From positions 320,001-384,000 of the forward strand of contig CAXXMU010000001.1 in NCBI GenBank assembly GCA_963667785.2: 64,000 nt of DNA, given 5' to 3'. The position numbers were made by a program, and so were the translations under genes. This DNA is from Alphaproteobacteria bacterium (GTDB lineage Bacteria; Pseudomonadota; Alphaproteobacteria; UBA828). Under the pieces are notes generated by a model. The model worked only from the letters and a program-made list of their open reading frames with translations, was not told the origin of the DNA and made no database searches. Positions 40,362 to 49,746 of this stretch are shown piece after piece (the first letter of the stretch is position 1; every line of letters begins with the position of its first letter).

Positions 40362-40512
40362 CTAGCGCGTGTCCGCTTTACACGGAAACGCTCCAGCCTC
40401 TTTGTCGCTCACGGCAGCCGGCCTGTGGCCGGCGCCTCCGCGAGGGCGCCGCATAAGCGGCGGGCCGCAGTCGCGGCCTGTCGCGTATCCGTCAAAGACG
40501 GATACGCTCTAG
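40362..40512. mobile_element. RIME/CIR-like palindromic intergenic element (151 bp)
   Basis: TIR CTAGCGCGTGTCCG / CGGATACGCTCTAG, a hairpin at each end, internal ACAAAGAG-GCTGGAGCG on the minus strand and four short internal hairpins; terminal CTAG is the TAG stop of the GST gene. Confidence 0.75.
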
Positions 40513-41138
40513 CGCGCGATACTGGGGCGGGCGGAGACCTCCGCGTGCCAGCGCGTCGCGTTGGCGCAGTCCTCCGGCAGCCCTGCCTTGGCGGCCTTGG
40601 TCGCGAAGTCGACGACGCAGAGCGCGGTAATGTCGGCGACGCTGAAGCGCGGCCCGGCGATGAAGCGGTTGTCCGCAAGCTGACGGTCGATGCGTCGATA
40701 GAAGCGGGCGAGGCGTTGCCTGCCGCGCTCGACCAGGGCCGGAATCTGTTCGATCGGCTCCTCGAAGGCCGGCAGGCCTCGGCCGGCGAAGGCGGGAGTG
40801 GAATTGCGGAACACTTCGGCCGCGCCGGCGAAGCCCTCGGTCTCCGCGCGCCGCTCCCACATGTCGACGCGGGCGCGGTCGACGCGGTTCACGCCGAAGA
40901 GCGGCGGCGCCGGGTACGCCTCCTCCAGATAGCGGCAGATCGCCATCGCCTCGCCGATCTGCGTGCCGTCGTCGAGCTCCAGCATCGGCACCATCCGGCC
41001 CTCGTAGCGGGCGAGATAATCGTCGTTCAGGTGTGCGCCTTCGCCGGCCTCCAAGACCTCGAGCTCGATGTCCTTCTCGGCGACGTAGATCAGAACCCGG
41101 CGCGGATTGGGCGCGCGCCCCCACGTGTAGAGCTTCAT
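40509..41138 (-). CDS. Glutathione S-transferase family protein
   Basis: APNPRRV, VPMLELDDGT.I.E..AICRYLE, FIAG..FSVADI. Confidence 0.92.
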   Translation of the reverse strand: MKLYTWGRAPNPRRVLIYVAEKDIELEVLEAGEGAHLNDDYLARYEGRMVPMLELDDGTQIGEAMAICRYLEEAYPAPPLFGVNRVDRARVDMWERRAETEGFAGAAEVFRNSTPAFAGRGLPAFEEPIEQIPALVERGRQRLARFYRRIDRQLADNRFIAGPRFSVADITALCVVDFATKAAKAGLPEDCANATRWHAEVSARPSIAR

Positions 41139-41155
41139 CGGAACGCCTCTGTCGT

Positions 41156-42583
41156 CTAGATCGCGGGCCGCCGGTCGCGCCAGGGCTGCGTCGCGCCCTC
41201 GAAGGCGGCGGCGGCGCGGAACACGGCGTGATCGTCGTAGGGTCGGCCCACGATCTGCATGCCGGTGGGCACGCCATAGGAGGAGAAGCCGGTCGGCACG
41301 CTCATAGCCGGACACTGGCTCATCAGGTTGAAGGGGTTGGTGCAGACCCAGCCGACATAGGCCGGCAGGCGGACGCCGTTGATCTCGAAATCGGGGTCCG
41401 CGTCGTCATGGTCGGCCTTGACCGCCGGCACCGCGAGGGTGGGGCAGATCAGGATGTCGTAGGACTTGAGGATCGGCTGCAACTGCTGCCACATCCAGCC
41501 GCGGAACACCTGGCACTGGTAGAGGCGCGCGGCGCTGTGCCCCAGCCCGCTCTCGAGCAGCCTGACGACGAACGGATCCATCTCGTAGCGCCAGCGGGGC
41601 AGCAGATGGCCGGCGATTCCGGCGAAGAGGCCTTCCCACCAGGTCATCCAGCAATCGAGGACACCGAAGTTCCAGCCGATGTCGACCTCCTCCACGGTGC
41701 ACCCGAGCGAGCGCAGCGTCTCGGCCGCGCGCCGCGTGTTCGCCTGCACCTCCGGGTCGATCTGCAGGTAGCCGAGGTCCATGGAGAAGGCGACCTTCCA
41801 GCCGCGAATGTCGTCGTAGGTGGTCGGCAGCCGCACCTTGTTGGGGAGGCTGCTGAGATCGTCCGGATGCGGCCCCGACATGACGTTCTGCATGAGCGCG
41901 GCGTCGGCGACGCTACGGACCATGGGGCCGTAGTGGAGGATCGTTTCCAGCGGATGGTCCCGGTCGAGCGGATTGCGGCCGAAGGGGGGCTTGTAGCCGA
42001 AGAGACCGCAGGCCGACGAGGGGATGCGGATCGAGCCGCCGCCGTCGGTGCCGTCGGCGAGCGTGGTCATGCCGCCGGCGACCGCCGCGCCTGCGCCGCC
42101 CGATGAGCCGCCGGACGTGTACTCCAGGTTCCACGGATTGGGCGTGATCCCCCAGAGCGGGCTGTGGGTGGCGCCGGAATAGGCGAACTCCGGCGACGTC
42201 GTGCGCATGTGCATGATGGCGCCGGCGCGCAGCAGCCGGTCCACCGTCGCAGCGGTGTAGTCGGGGCGGAAGTCCTCGAAGATTTTCGAGCCGAAGGTGG
42301 TGATCTCGCCCTTGACCGGGTGGAAGTCCTTGATCGCCACCGGCACGCCCTCGAGCGCGCGCAGCCGGCCGTCGGTCTTTCCGTACTTGGCCTCGGCCTT
42401 CTTCGCCTGCTCGCGCGCCCGGTCGAAGAAGTCGTAGGTGATGGCGTTGACCCTGGGATTGATCGCCTGCGCGCGCGCGATCTGCGCGTCCAGCAGCTCC
42501 ACCGGCGATAGCGTGCGCGCCTTGAAGCGTGCTAGCGCCTCGCTCGCCGTCAGGTAGCAAAGCTCGAGATCGGCCGATGCCAT
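41156..42583 (-). CDS. Amidase signature family protein
   Basis: GVPVAIKD, T.NPWN..TSGGSSGG, GTDGGGSIRIP, GVPTGMQIVG. Confidence 0.93.
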   Translation of the reverse strand: MASADLELCYLTASEALARFKARTLSPVELLDAQIARAQAINPRVNAITYDFFDRAREQAKKAEAKYGKTDGRLRALEGVPVAIKDFHPVKGEITTFGSKIFEDFRPDYTAATVDRLLRAGAIMHMRTTSPEFAYSGATHSPLWGITPNPWNLEYTSGGSSGGAGAAVAGGMTTLADGTDGGGSIRIPSSACGLFGYKPPFGRNPLDRDHPLETILHYGPMVRSVADAALMQNVMSGPHPDDLSSLPNKVRLPTTYDDIRGWKVAFSMDLGYLQIDPEVQANTRRAAETLRSLGCTVEEVDIGWNFGVLDCWMTWWEGLFAGIAGHLLPRWRYEMDPFVVRLLESGLGHSAARLYQCQVFRGWMWQQLQPILKSYDILICPTLAVPAVKADHDDADPDFEINGVRLPAYVGWVCTNPFNLMSQCPAMSVPTGFSSYGVPTGMQIVGRPYDDHAVFRAAAAFEGATQPWRDRRPAI

Positions 42584-42653
42584 GATGTGTCTCCCCTTGG
42601 GCTCCCTTGGCCTTCCCATGAACGTCCCGTCGAATCGCTGCGCCCGTCAGGCG

Positions 42654-43730
42654 TTAGGCGAGATGCACGACCTCCCGCCGCTTGATGCTCTCGTCGGCCG
42701 CGATGACGATGCGCAGGCTGTTGACCGCGCTATCCATGTGCTCCGAGAGGTCGAGGTCCTCGCGGATCGCCTTGAGCAGGAACGCCTGCTCCCGGTCGCA
42801 CAGCTCCTGATGGCTCGGCTCGTCGGCCATGTCGACCCACTCGTCCTCGTGCACGAAATTGTTGGCCTCGTCGATCTCGCTCGAGTGGCAGAGCAGCGCG
42901 TTGGTCTTGGTGTGGGAATCGATGTCGTCAGAGGCGGCGTGGTCCTGCCCCTCCTGCGGCATGACGATGCTGACGCAGCCCTTGGGTCCGACCACGTCCT
43001 TCACGAAGAAGGCGACCTCGCTCATCATCGGACCCCAGCCGGCCTCGTACCAGCCCACCGAGCCGTCGTCGAACTCGACGTGAAGGTGGCCGTAGTTCTG
43101 CTGCTTGGTCTGGTCCGAGAGCCTGGCGCCGATGCCGTGCACGCGGACCGGCTGTGCGCCGGTCATCTGGCACATGACATCCACGTAGTGGACCCCGCAG
43201 TCGACGATGGGCGTCAGCGAATCCATCAGGTTGCGGTGCCAGTTCCAGGCCGGCCCCCGGCTCTGCTGATTGAGGTTCATGCGCATGACCAGCGGCTTGC
43301 CGAGCGTGCGCGCACGCTGGATGAACTCCTGCCAGGCGGGGTGCACCCGCAGGATGTAGCCGATGACGAGCTTCTTGCCGGTGGCCCGCGCCTTGTCCAC
43401 CACGGCTTGCGCGCCGTCCACGGTGGTGGCCAGCGGCTTCTCGACGAAGACGTGGGCGCCGGCGTCGAACGCCTTGAGGCAGAGCTCCTCATGGGTGTTC
43501 GGGTAGGTGTTGATGGAAACCACGTCCGGGCGACTCTCGGCCAGCGCCGCATCGAAATTCTCGTAACGGGGCAGGGATACGAGGGCGGCGGGCAGGTCGT
43601 TGCGCCCGCGGATGCTGCGGCTGCACAGGCCTGCGAGTTCGAAGCCATCGATCTTGTCATAGGCGAGCGCGTGGCTCAGTCCCATGTTGCCGACGCCCAC
43701 CACGAGCACTCTGAGCGCACCGTTCTGCAT
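42654..43730 (-). CDS. Gfo/Idh/MocA family oxidoreductase
   Basis: VVGVGNMG.SH, HVFVEKP, DCGVHYVD, GWYEAGWG. Confidence 0.9.
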   Translation of the reverse strand: MQNGALRVLVVGVGNMGLSHALAYDKIDGFELAGLCSRSIRGRNDLPAALVSLPRYENFDAALAESRPDVVSINTYPNTHEELCLKAFDAGAHVFVEKPLATTVDGAQAVVDKARATGKKLVIGYILRVHPAWQEFIQRARTLGKPLVMRMNLNQQSRGPAWNWHRNLMDSLTPIVDCGVHYVDVMCQMTGAQPVRVHGIGARLSDQTKQQNYGHLHVEFDDGSVGWYEAGWGPMMSEVAFFVKDVVGPKGCVSIVMPQEGQDHAASDDIDSHTKTNALLCHSSEIDEANNFVHEDEWVDMADEPSHQELCDREQAFLLKAIREDLDLSEHMDSAVNSLRIVIAADESIKRREVVHLA

Positions 43731-43835
43731 GACAGCCTCCCGTTCTCCGCCCGCCCGGCGGCGGGCGCTCCTCCCCATCGTCGTCGCTCATTGTGCCGCC
43801 GCCCGCAGGGCGGATCAAACCGCCCGGCGGACCGT

Positions 43836-44270
43836 TCAGCCGCCGAGCGGCGTCGCCACCATGCCCTCGATCTCGATCAGCATCTTGGGGTGGGCGAGCT
43901 CGGTCACGCCGACGAGCGTGCGCGGCGGCGGGTTCGCCGGGTCGAAATGGCGGGCCGATATGTCGTTCAGCACGTCCTGGCCCGACATGTCGGTCAGGTA
44001 GATGTTGAGCTTGACGATCTGGGAGAAGTCGGCGTCCGCAGCCTCAAGGATGGTGCCGATGTTGGCGAAGGTCTTCTCGGCCTGCTCGCGGATGCCGCCG
44101 GCCAGCCACTCGGCCTCGGCCACAGGGTCGTGCGGGTGCGCGTGGTAGATGGGGATCGGGCCGCAGCCGGAGAACAGCAGCAGGCGGGCGTTCTCGACCG
44201 CGAAGGCGGCGCTGAACGGGCTCTTGTATTCCGGCTTGAGCGGGATGTGGTGGATCGGCGTGATCGGCAT
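43836..44270 (-). CDS. RidA/YjgF family protein
   Basis: LLFSG, I.EQA..TF.NI...L, VKLNIYLTD, PPRTLVGV..L....LIEIE. Confidence 0.88.
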   Translation of the reverse strand: MPITPIHHIPLKPEYKSPFSAAFAVENARLLLFSGCGPIPIYHAHPHDPVAEAEWLAGGIREQAEKTFANIGTILEAADADFSQIVKLNIYLTDMSGQDVLNDISARHFDPANPPPRTLVGVTELAHPKMLIEIEGMVATPLGG

Positions 44271-44391
44271 GACGGCGCGCCCCGTGGTCGGCGATGGGCC
44301 GTCATGCTATCCCATCACGCAGGCGGCCGGAACGGCACGCGCCCGCAGCAAGCGGGGCCCCCGGTTGCGCCGATGGTCCGCCGCCGAAAGC

Positions 44392-44426
44392 AAAATAGCT
44401 GGGGCGGTCACAAGGACCGCCCCAGC
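44392..44426 (-). terminator. Rho-independent terminator
   Basis: GCTGGGGCGGTC-CTTGT-GACCGCCCCAGC followed by TATTTTGCTTT on the minus strand. Confidence 0.75.
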
Positions 44427-44488
44427 CAGGAGGATCGACCAGTCGTGTTGGGGACAGCGGGAGGGACGAAGCGCTTCACCGTCACCCA
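44392..44488 (-). ncRNA. Putative trans-acting small RNA with anti-Shine-Dalgarno motifs
   Basis: Minus strand: -10-like TAGATT, then UCCCUCCC, UCCCCAA and UCCUCCU tracts, ending in a 12-bp stem plus U-tract; no credible ORF; ends estimated. Confidence 0.55.
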
Positions 44489-44521
44489 TGGGCTAATCTA
44501 GGGGCCGATTGTGGCATTGAT

Positions 44522-45385
44522 ATGGCAGGAATTGCCGTGACAGGGCCGCGCCCCGCCGCCCGCGAGCTCGCCCTGCGGGCTGCGTCCGCGGCGATACTCG
44601 CGCCCGCGGCGCTCGGCGCGGCCTATCTCGGCGGCCCCGTCTTCATGGCTGCGCTCGGGGCGGCAGGACTGCTCGCGTGGCGCGAGTGGCGACGGCTTCT
44701 CGGCCGGCCGCTGGCGGACGCAGCGGGCCTCGCCGGCATCGCGGGCCTTGCGGCCGTCTGCGCGCTCTTCGCCACGGTCGGGGCGGAGGCTGCCGCCGCC
44801 GCAGCCGCCGCAGCCGCGGCGGCGGTCTCGGGCGCGGAGCGCGGCGCGCTGCGCGACCGCGCCGCGGGTCTTGCCGGGGCGGGGCTGATCCTCTTCCTCG
44901 TCGTCGCGACGCTCGCGCTGCGCGGCGACGATGCGTCGGGGCGGGCGACGATCTTCTGGCTGTTCGCCGTGGTCTGGGCGAGCGATTCCGGCGCCTTTGC
45001 AGCCGGGCGGACCCTTGGCGGCCCCAGGCTCGCGCCTCGCATCAGCCCGGCCAAGACCTGGGCCGGCGCCGTCGGCGGCGTGGCCGCGGCGGTCGGCGCG
45101 AGCATCCTGCTCGGCTGGTTGATGCCGCTCGCCGGCTGGGTCGCGGAGAGACCGTCGCTCGCGCTGCTGGCAGGCGCCGGCGCGCTCGGCTCGGTCACGG
45201 GCCAGTGGGGGGACCTCGCCGAATCCGCCTTCAAGCGACGCGTCGGCGCCGACGATTCGGGCCGGCTCATCCCCGGTCACGGCGGCATTCTGGACCGCGC
45301 GGACGCCTACACCGCTGCCGCGTTCGCGCTGATGCTGGCGACGCTCGCCAGCGGCGGGACGCCTCCCTGGACCTATTCGCCCTGA
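44522..45385 (+). CDS. cdsA: Phosphatidate cytidylyltransferase
   Basis: VWASDSGAF.AGR..GG.RLAP.ISP.KTW.G, GDLAESAFKR..G..DSG.LIPGHGG.LDR.D; start may be GTG 44537. Confidence 0.9.
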   Translation: MAGIAVTGPRPAARELALRAASAAILAPAALGAAYLGGPVFMAALGAAGLLAWREWRRLLGRPLADAAGLAGIAGLAAVCALFATVGAEAAAAAAAAAAAAVSGAERGALRDRAAGLAGAGLILFLVVATLALRGDDASGRATIFWLFAVVWASDSGAFAAGRTLGGPRLAPRISPAKTWAGAVGGVAAAVGASILLGWLMPLAGWVAERPSLALLAGAGALGSVTGQWGDLAESAFKRRVGADDSGRLIPGHGGILDRADAYTAAAFALMLATLASGGTPPWTYSP

Positions 45386-45420
45386 GGGGTGCGCCCGTCG
45401 CCCTGCCGCCGGCCGAGCCC

Positions 45421-45692
45421 CCAGCCCGCACTTCTCACCATGGTCATGGTCTGCGCGGCACTGTCCGACCGACAGGGTAGGAGAGGCGCGCAGCGCGATG
45501 CAGGGACATCGGGCAAGCGTCTCGACGCACACTGTCGGCCGGAGAGCGCCGCCCTTCGGGTCGCCCCCAGGCGCCCGTCCGCGGCGTCGCGGGCCTCAAC
45601 CGTAGTCCTCGCTACGCTTTTCGGCCCGCTCCTGGCGGATCAAACGCCTGAGCGCGACGCAGGCCGTGACCATGGTGAGAAATGCGGGCTAG
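45421..45692. mobile_element. 272-bp palindromic repeat/MITE-like element, copy 2 (inverted); overlaps the 3' end of lnt
   Basis: CCAGCCCGCACTTCTCACCATGGTC ... GACCATGGTGAGAAATGCGGGCTAG; ungapped match to 24190-24461. Confidence 0.9.
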
Positions 45693-47273
45693 GGCGAGCG
45701 CGGCCGCGGCGGCGAGGCCGAGCAGAATGGCCAGCGGCCACTGGCCGAGCTGCGCCACCGGCGTGCGTCCGGCCAGCGCCGGCGGCAGCCGGGCGTCGAG
45801 TACCCCGGCCACGCCCAGCCCGAGGCGGCCCACCACCCGGCCGTGGGCATCGACGACGGCGGAGATGCCGGTGTTCGCCGCGCGCACCAGCGGCAGGCCC
45901 TCCTCGACGGCGCGCAGCCGGGCCGCCTGAAAGTGCTGGTAGGGACCGGCCGTCTGCCCGAACCAGGCGTCGTTGGTGACGTTGAGCAGCCACGCCGGTC
46001 GCATCCCTCCCGGTATATCGTCGGCCACCACCTCGCCCGGAAAGATCGCCTCGTAGCAGATCAGCGGGCTGAAGGGCGGCAGGCCGGGCAGGCTCACGGT
46101 GCGCGGCCCCGGCCCGGCCGAGTGATCCGCGCCGCCGTAGGCCAGTGCCTGCAGAGGCAGGACCGCGCGCAGCGGGATGTACTCCCCGAAGGGCACCAGG
46201 TGGTGCTTGTCGTAGGTGGCGGCGATAGCGCCTGCCGGGGTGAGCGCGTGCAGGCTGTTCCAGTAGGCGATCGTGCGCCCCGCCGAGACGGTGCGCCGGG
46301 GTGCGCCGGTGAGCAGGCGGCCGCCCGGCGGCACCGCCCGCGCCAGGAAGTCGCGGACCGGCCGGCTCTCGTCCACGTAGAAGGTCGCGGCCGATTCCGG
46401 CCAGATCACGGCGTCGATCGCCGCGAAGCCCTCTCCCTGCGACAGGAAAACGTGGCGGGCCAGCGCCGCGGCGCGCTCCTCCTCCTTCCACTTGAGGGTC
46501 TGCTCGATGTTGGCTTGCACCAGACGCAGGCGGATGTCGGTGGGCGCCTGATCGGGTGCGAGCGCGAGCCGTGCCTGCCCGCCGATCCAGATCGCCGCCA
46601 GCAGCCCGAACGCAGCCGCCGGCAGGAGCCAGGCCCGGCGCCTCGGTCGCTCGCCGGGCGATGATGGCGCGGCGAGTGCTGCCGGAGCCGCCGCGGCGAA
46701 GACGGTGACGAAGCTCAGCCCATAGGCCCCGGTAAGCGCCGCGGCCTGAATCATGCCGATCGACGGCGCCCAGACAGTGCCCATGAGGTTCATCGGGAAC
46801 CCGGTGAGGATGGTGCCGCGCAGCCACTCCGCGGCGGTCCAGGTGACGGCGAGGGCGAGCACGCGGCCGCCGATCGGGAGCGCAGGCAGGCGCGCCACGA
46901 AGGCGGCAAGCGCCGGGAATAGCGCAAAGCCTGCGGAAAGCCCCAGGATGGCGGGAACGACCATCCAGCCGTAGCGCGAGGGATCGGTGAGCAGGGCGGA
47001 GCCGATCCAGTAGATGCCGGCGATGAAATGGGTGAGGCCGAACCACCAGCCGGCGATCGCCGCGCGCCAGGGGGAGCGGCTGGCGTGGATCAGCCAGGCA
47101 AGGCCGGTGAAGGCGACCAGCAGGAGCGGCAGCGCATGGACGGGCGGTAGCGCCGTCGCCGCAAGAGCGCCGAGGGCGGCGGCGAGCGCCGAGCGGCGCC
47201 AGCCGGACAAGGCGCCGAGCGTCTCCGCGAGCGCCGCAAGCCGCGCCGAAACGGAGCGACCGGAGCTGCTCAC
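45612..47273 (-). CDS. lnt: Apolipoprotein N-acyltransferase
   Basis: [63 protein letters not shown]. Confidence 0.96.
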   Translation of the reverse strand: MSSSGRSVSARLAALAETLGALSGWRRSALAAALGALAATALPPVHALPLLLVAFTGLAWLIHASRSPWRAAIAGWWFGLTHFIAGIYWIGSALLTDPSRYGWMVVPAILGLSAGFALFPALAAFVARLPALPIGGRVLALAVTWTAAEWLRGTILTGFPMNLMGTVWAPSIGMIQAAALTGAYGLSFVTVFAAAAPAALAAPSSPGERPRRRAWLLPAAAFGLLAAIWIGGQARLALAPDQAPTDIRLRLVQANIEQTLKWKEEERAAALARHVFLSQGEGFAAIDAVIWPESAATFYVDESRPVRDFLARAVPPGGRLLTGAPRRTVSAGRTIAYWNSLHALTPAGAIAATYDKHHLVPFGEYIPLRAVLPLQALAYGGADHSAGPGPRTVSLPGLPPFSPLICYEAIFPGEVVADDIPGGMRPAWLLNVTNDAWFGQTAGPYQHFQAARLRAVEEGLPLVRAANTGISAVVDAHGRVVGRLGLGVAGVLDARLPPALAGRTPVAQLGQWPLAILLGLAAAAALALARISHHGHGLRRAQAFDPPGAGRKA

Positions 47274-48196
47274 GGCCGGCCGTGCGCCGGGCGTGGCTCG
47301 CTGCGGCTGACCCGCAGCCTCTTGATGCGCCGCGGGTCGGCCTCCAGGACCTCGAAGGTGAATCCGGCGGGGTGGGGGATCCGCTCGCCCCCGTGCGGCA
47401 CCCGCTCGGCGAGCACGAACACGAGCCCGCCGAGGGTGTCGACCTCGTCCTCGATCGCGCCGTCGAGCAGCGGGACCCCGAGATCGCGCTCCAGCTCGTC
47501 CACGCGCACGCGCGCGTCCGCCTCCACGGCGCCGTCGTCGAGGTGGACGAGGGCAGGGGTCTCGATCTCGTCGTGCTCGTCCTCGATCTCGCCGACGATC
47601 TCCTCCACCAGATCCTCGATCGTGACCAGGCCGTGGGTGCCGCCGTACTCGTCGACGACCACCGCCATGTGCAGGCGGGTCTCGCGCATCTCCTTGAGCA
47701 GCGCGGGGATCGGCATGGCCTGCGGCACGAACAGGATATCGCGGCGGATCGTGTTCAGATCGAAGGGGCCGTTCCCGCCCCAGTGGCGCATGACGTCGCG
47801 GATGTGGATCATGCCGACCACGTCGTCGAGATTGTCGCGGTAGAGCGGCATGCGGGAATGCCCCTCCGCCTTGATGGTGGCGACGACCTGGTCGAGCGAG
47901 GCCGTCACCTCGACGGCGGTGATGTCGTTGCGGGGCACCATCGCGTCCTCGGCAGTGAGCGCACCGAAGCGCAGCAGGTTGCGCAGCAGGTCGCGCTCGT
48001 GAGGGCTGATCTGCTCGGCGATCTCCTCCTCGGCGAGCACCTCGCCGATGAAGTCGCGCCAGGATGCGCCGTTGCCGCGGCCGAGCCCCTTGCGCAGCCA
48101 GCGGCCGAGAAGGCGGACGAGCGACGAGCGGTTTCGCCCGTTGCGGTCGCCCCCGGTACTGTCGCCGCTAGATGGAGGTTTGTCGTCTTCGCTCAT
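47270..48196 (-). CDS. corC: CBS/CorC-HlyC domain protein (Mg/Co efflux associated)
   Basis: [50 protein letters not shown]; between ybeY and lnt. Confidence 0.9.
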   Translation of the reverse strand: MSEDDKPPSSGDSTGGDRNGRNRSSLVRLLGRWLRKGLGRGNGASWRDFIGEVLAEEEIAEQISPHERDLLRNLLRFGALTAEDAMVPRNDITAVEVTASLDQVVATIKAEGHSRMPLYRDNLDDVVGMIHIRDVMRHWGGNGPFDLNTIRRDILFVPQAMPIPALLKEMRETRLHMAVVVDEYGGTHGLVTIEDLVEEIVGEIEDEHDEIETPALVHLDDGAVEADARVRVDELERDLGVPLLDGAIEDEVDTLGGLVFVLAERVPHGGERIPHPAGFTFEVLEADPRRIKRLRVSRSEPRPAHGRP

Positions 48197-48239
48197 CGTT
48201 CCGCCGCCGCGGCCGCGAATCGCGGGGCACGTGTCACCC

Positions 48240-48728
48240 TCACAGGGTAGCGTAGGGATCGCATAAGCCAAGCCCCAATAGCGTGCGGGATTCGAGCGCG
48301 CGCATGCGCCGCTCGGCGTCCGGCTCGTCGTGGTCGTGGCCGAGCAGGTGAAGCACGCCGTGGACGACGAGATGGCTCACCTGCTGGGCGAGGCCGACGC
48401 CGGCCGAGGCACTGTCGCGCTGCACGGTCTCGCGGGCCAGCACCACGTCGCCCAGCATGAGCGGCGCGTCTGCCTGGCGCGGTGCGTCGCCGGGCCGCTC
48501 GTGCATCGGGAAGGAGAGCACGTCGGTCGCTCGATCCTGCCCGCGCCAGTCCCGGTTGAGCGAGCGCACGAAGGAATCGTCTGCCAGCACCACCGCGAGC
48601 TCCACGTCCTCCGGCAGGGCGGGCGCGGCCTCCAGGGCCGCGGCGGCGGCACGGCGGGCCACGGCGGCGGCGTCAGGAAGAGCGGTCGACCACGCCGAAT
48701 CGCGGAGTCGGATCTCGATCTCGATCAT
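48240..48728 (-). CDS. ybeY: rRNA maturation endoribonuclease YbeY
   Basis: LNRDWRG.D..TDVLSFP, LGDVV, HGVLHLLGHDH; start 48728 or 48758. Confidence 0.94.
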   Translation of the reverse strand: MIEIEIRLRDSAWSTALPDAAAVARRAAAAALEAAPALPEDVELAVVLADDSFVRSLNRDWRGQDRATDVLSFPMHERPGDAPRQADAPLMLGDVVLARETVQRDSASAGVGLAQQVSHLVVHGVLHLLGHDHDEPDAERRMRALESRTLLGLGLCDPYATL

Positions 48729-49746
48729 CGCCCGTGGCTGTCGCCTCGCCCGCGTCATAGGCCTCGAGGATGCGCGTCACCAGCGAGTGGCGCATGACGT
48801 CGGCGGTGCCGAAGCGGACGAAGGAGACCCCGCCCAGCCCCTCGAGCGTCGTCACCGCGTGGCGGAGGCCCGAGCGCGCGCCCGCCGGCAGGTCCACCTG
48901 GGTGAGGTCGCCAGTGACCACCATGCGCGAGCCCTCACCGAGCCGCGTGAGAAACATCTTCATCTGCAGCGGCGTCGTGTTCTGCGCCTCGTCGAGGATG
49001 ATGAAGGCCTGGGAGAGAGTGCGGCCGCGCATGAAGGCGAGCGGCGCGATCTCGATCTCCGCGGCTTCCAGGCGGCGCGCCACCAGGTCCGCCGGCAGCA
49101 TGTCGTAGAGCGCGTCGTAGAGCGGGCGGAGGTAGGGGTCGACCTTGTCCTTGAGGTCGCCGGGCAGGAAGCCCAGCCGCTCGCCCGCCTCGACCGCAGG
49201 CCGCGAGAGGATGATCCGCTCCACCCTGCCGGCGAGGTAGAGGGAGACCGCCATCGCCACCGCGAGATAGGTCTTGCCGGTGCCGGCGGGGCCGAGCCCG
49301 AACACCAGGTCGTTCGCCAGCATCGCACGCACGTAGTCGGCCTGGCGCGGCGAGCGCGGGCTGACCGGGCGCTTGCGGGTGCGGAGCACGAGCTGGGACT
49401 CGGGCTCGGCCAGCGCAGCGCCGGCGCCGCCGGTGCCCGGCGTGTCGCCTGCGCCGGGCCCTGTCGCCATGCGGATCGCGCCCTCGACCTCGCCGCCGCC
49501 CATGGGCAGCCCCCGCTTCAGCTTGTCGTAGAGAGTACGCAGCACCGCCTCGGTGGCCGCGACCGAGGACGGCGGCCCGCTGATGGCGACCTCGTTGCCG
49601 CGCGAGCGCAGCACGACGCCGAGCGCGCTCTCGATCCGCACCAGGTGGCGGTCATGGTCGCCGAAGAGGAGCGGCAGCAGCGTGTTGTCGTCGAAGCGAA
49701 TCTGCGCGCCCGCCTCCGCCGGCGCCCCGCTGCGCGGACCGCTCAC
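48673..49746 (-). CDS. phoH: PhoH family ATPase
   Basis: [40 protein letters not shown]; GTG start overlapping the miaB stop. Confidence 0.93.
   Translation of the reverse strand: MSGPRSGAPAEAGAQIRFDDNTLLPLLFGDHDRHLVRIESALGVVLRSRGNEVAISGPPSSVAATEAVLRTLYDKLKRGLPMGGGEVEGAIRMATGPGAGDTPGTGGAGAALAEPESQLVLRTRKRPVSPRSPRQADYVRAMLANDLVFGLGPAGTGKTYLAVAMAVSLYLAGRVERIILSRPAVEAGERLGFLPGDLKDKVDPYLRPLYDALYDMLPADLVARRLEAAEIEIAPLAFMRGRTLSQAFIILDEAQNTTPLQMKMFLTRLGEGSRMVVTGDLTQVDLPAGARSGLRHAVTTLEGLGGVSFVRFGTADVMRHSLVTRILEAYDAGEATATGDDRDRDPTPRFGVVDRSS

Noticed and set aside
48673-48758. phoH/ybeY overlap of 56 nt or more as a frameshift or regulatory feature
   Set aside because: Both conserved cores are intact; most simply a low-complexity C-terminal extension after stop-codon drift
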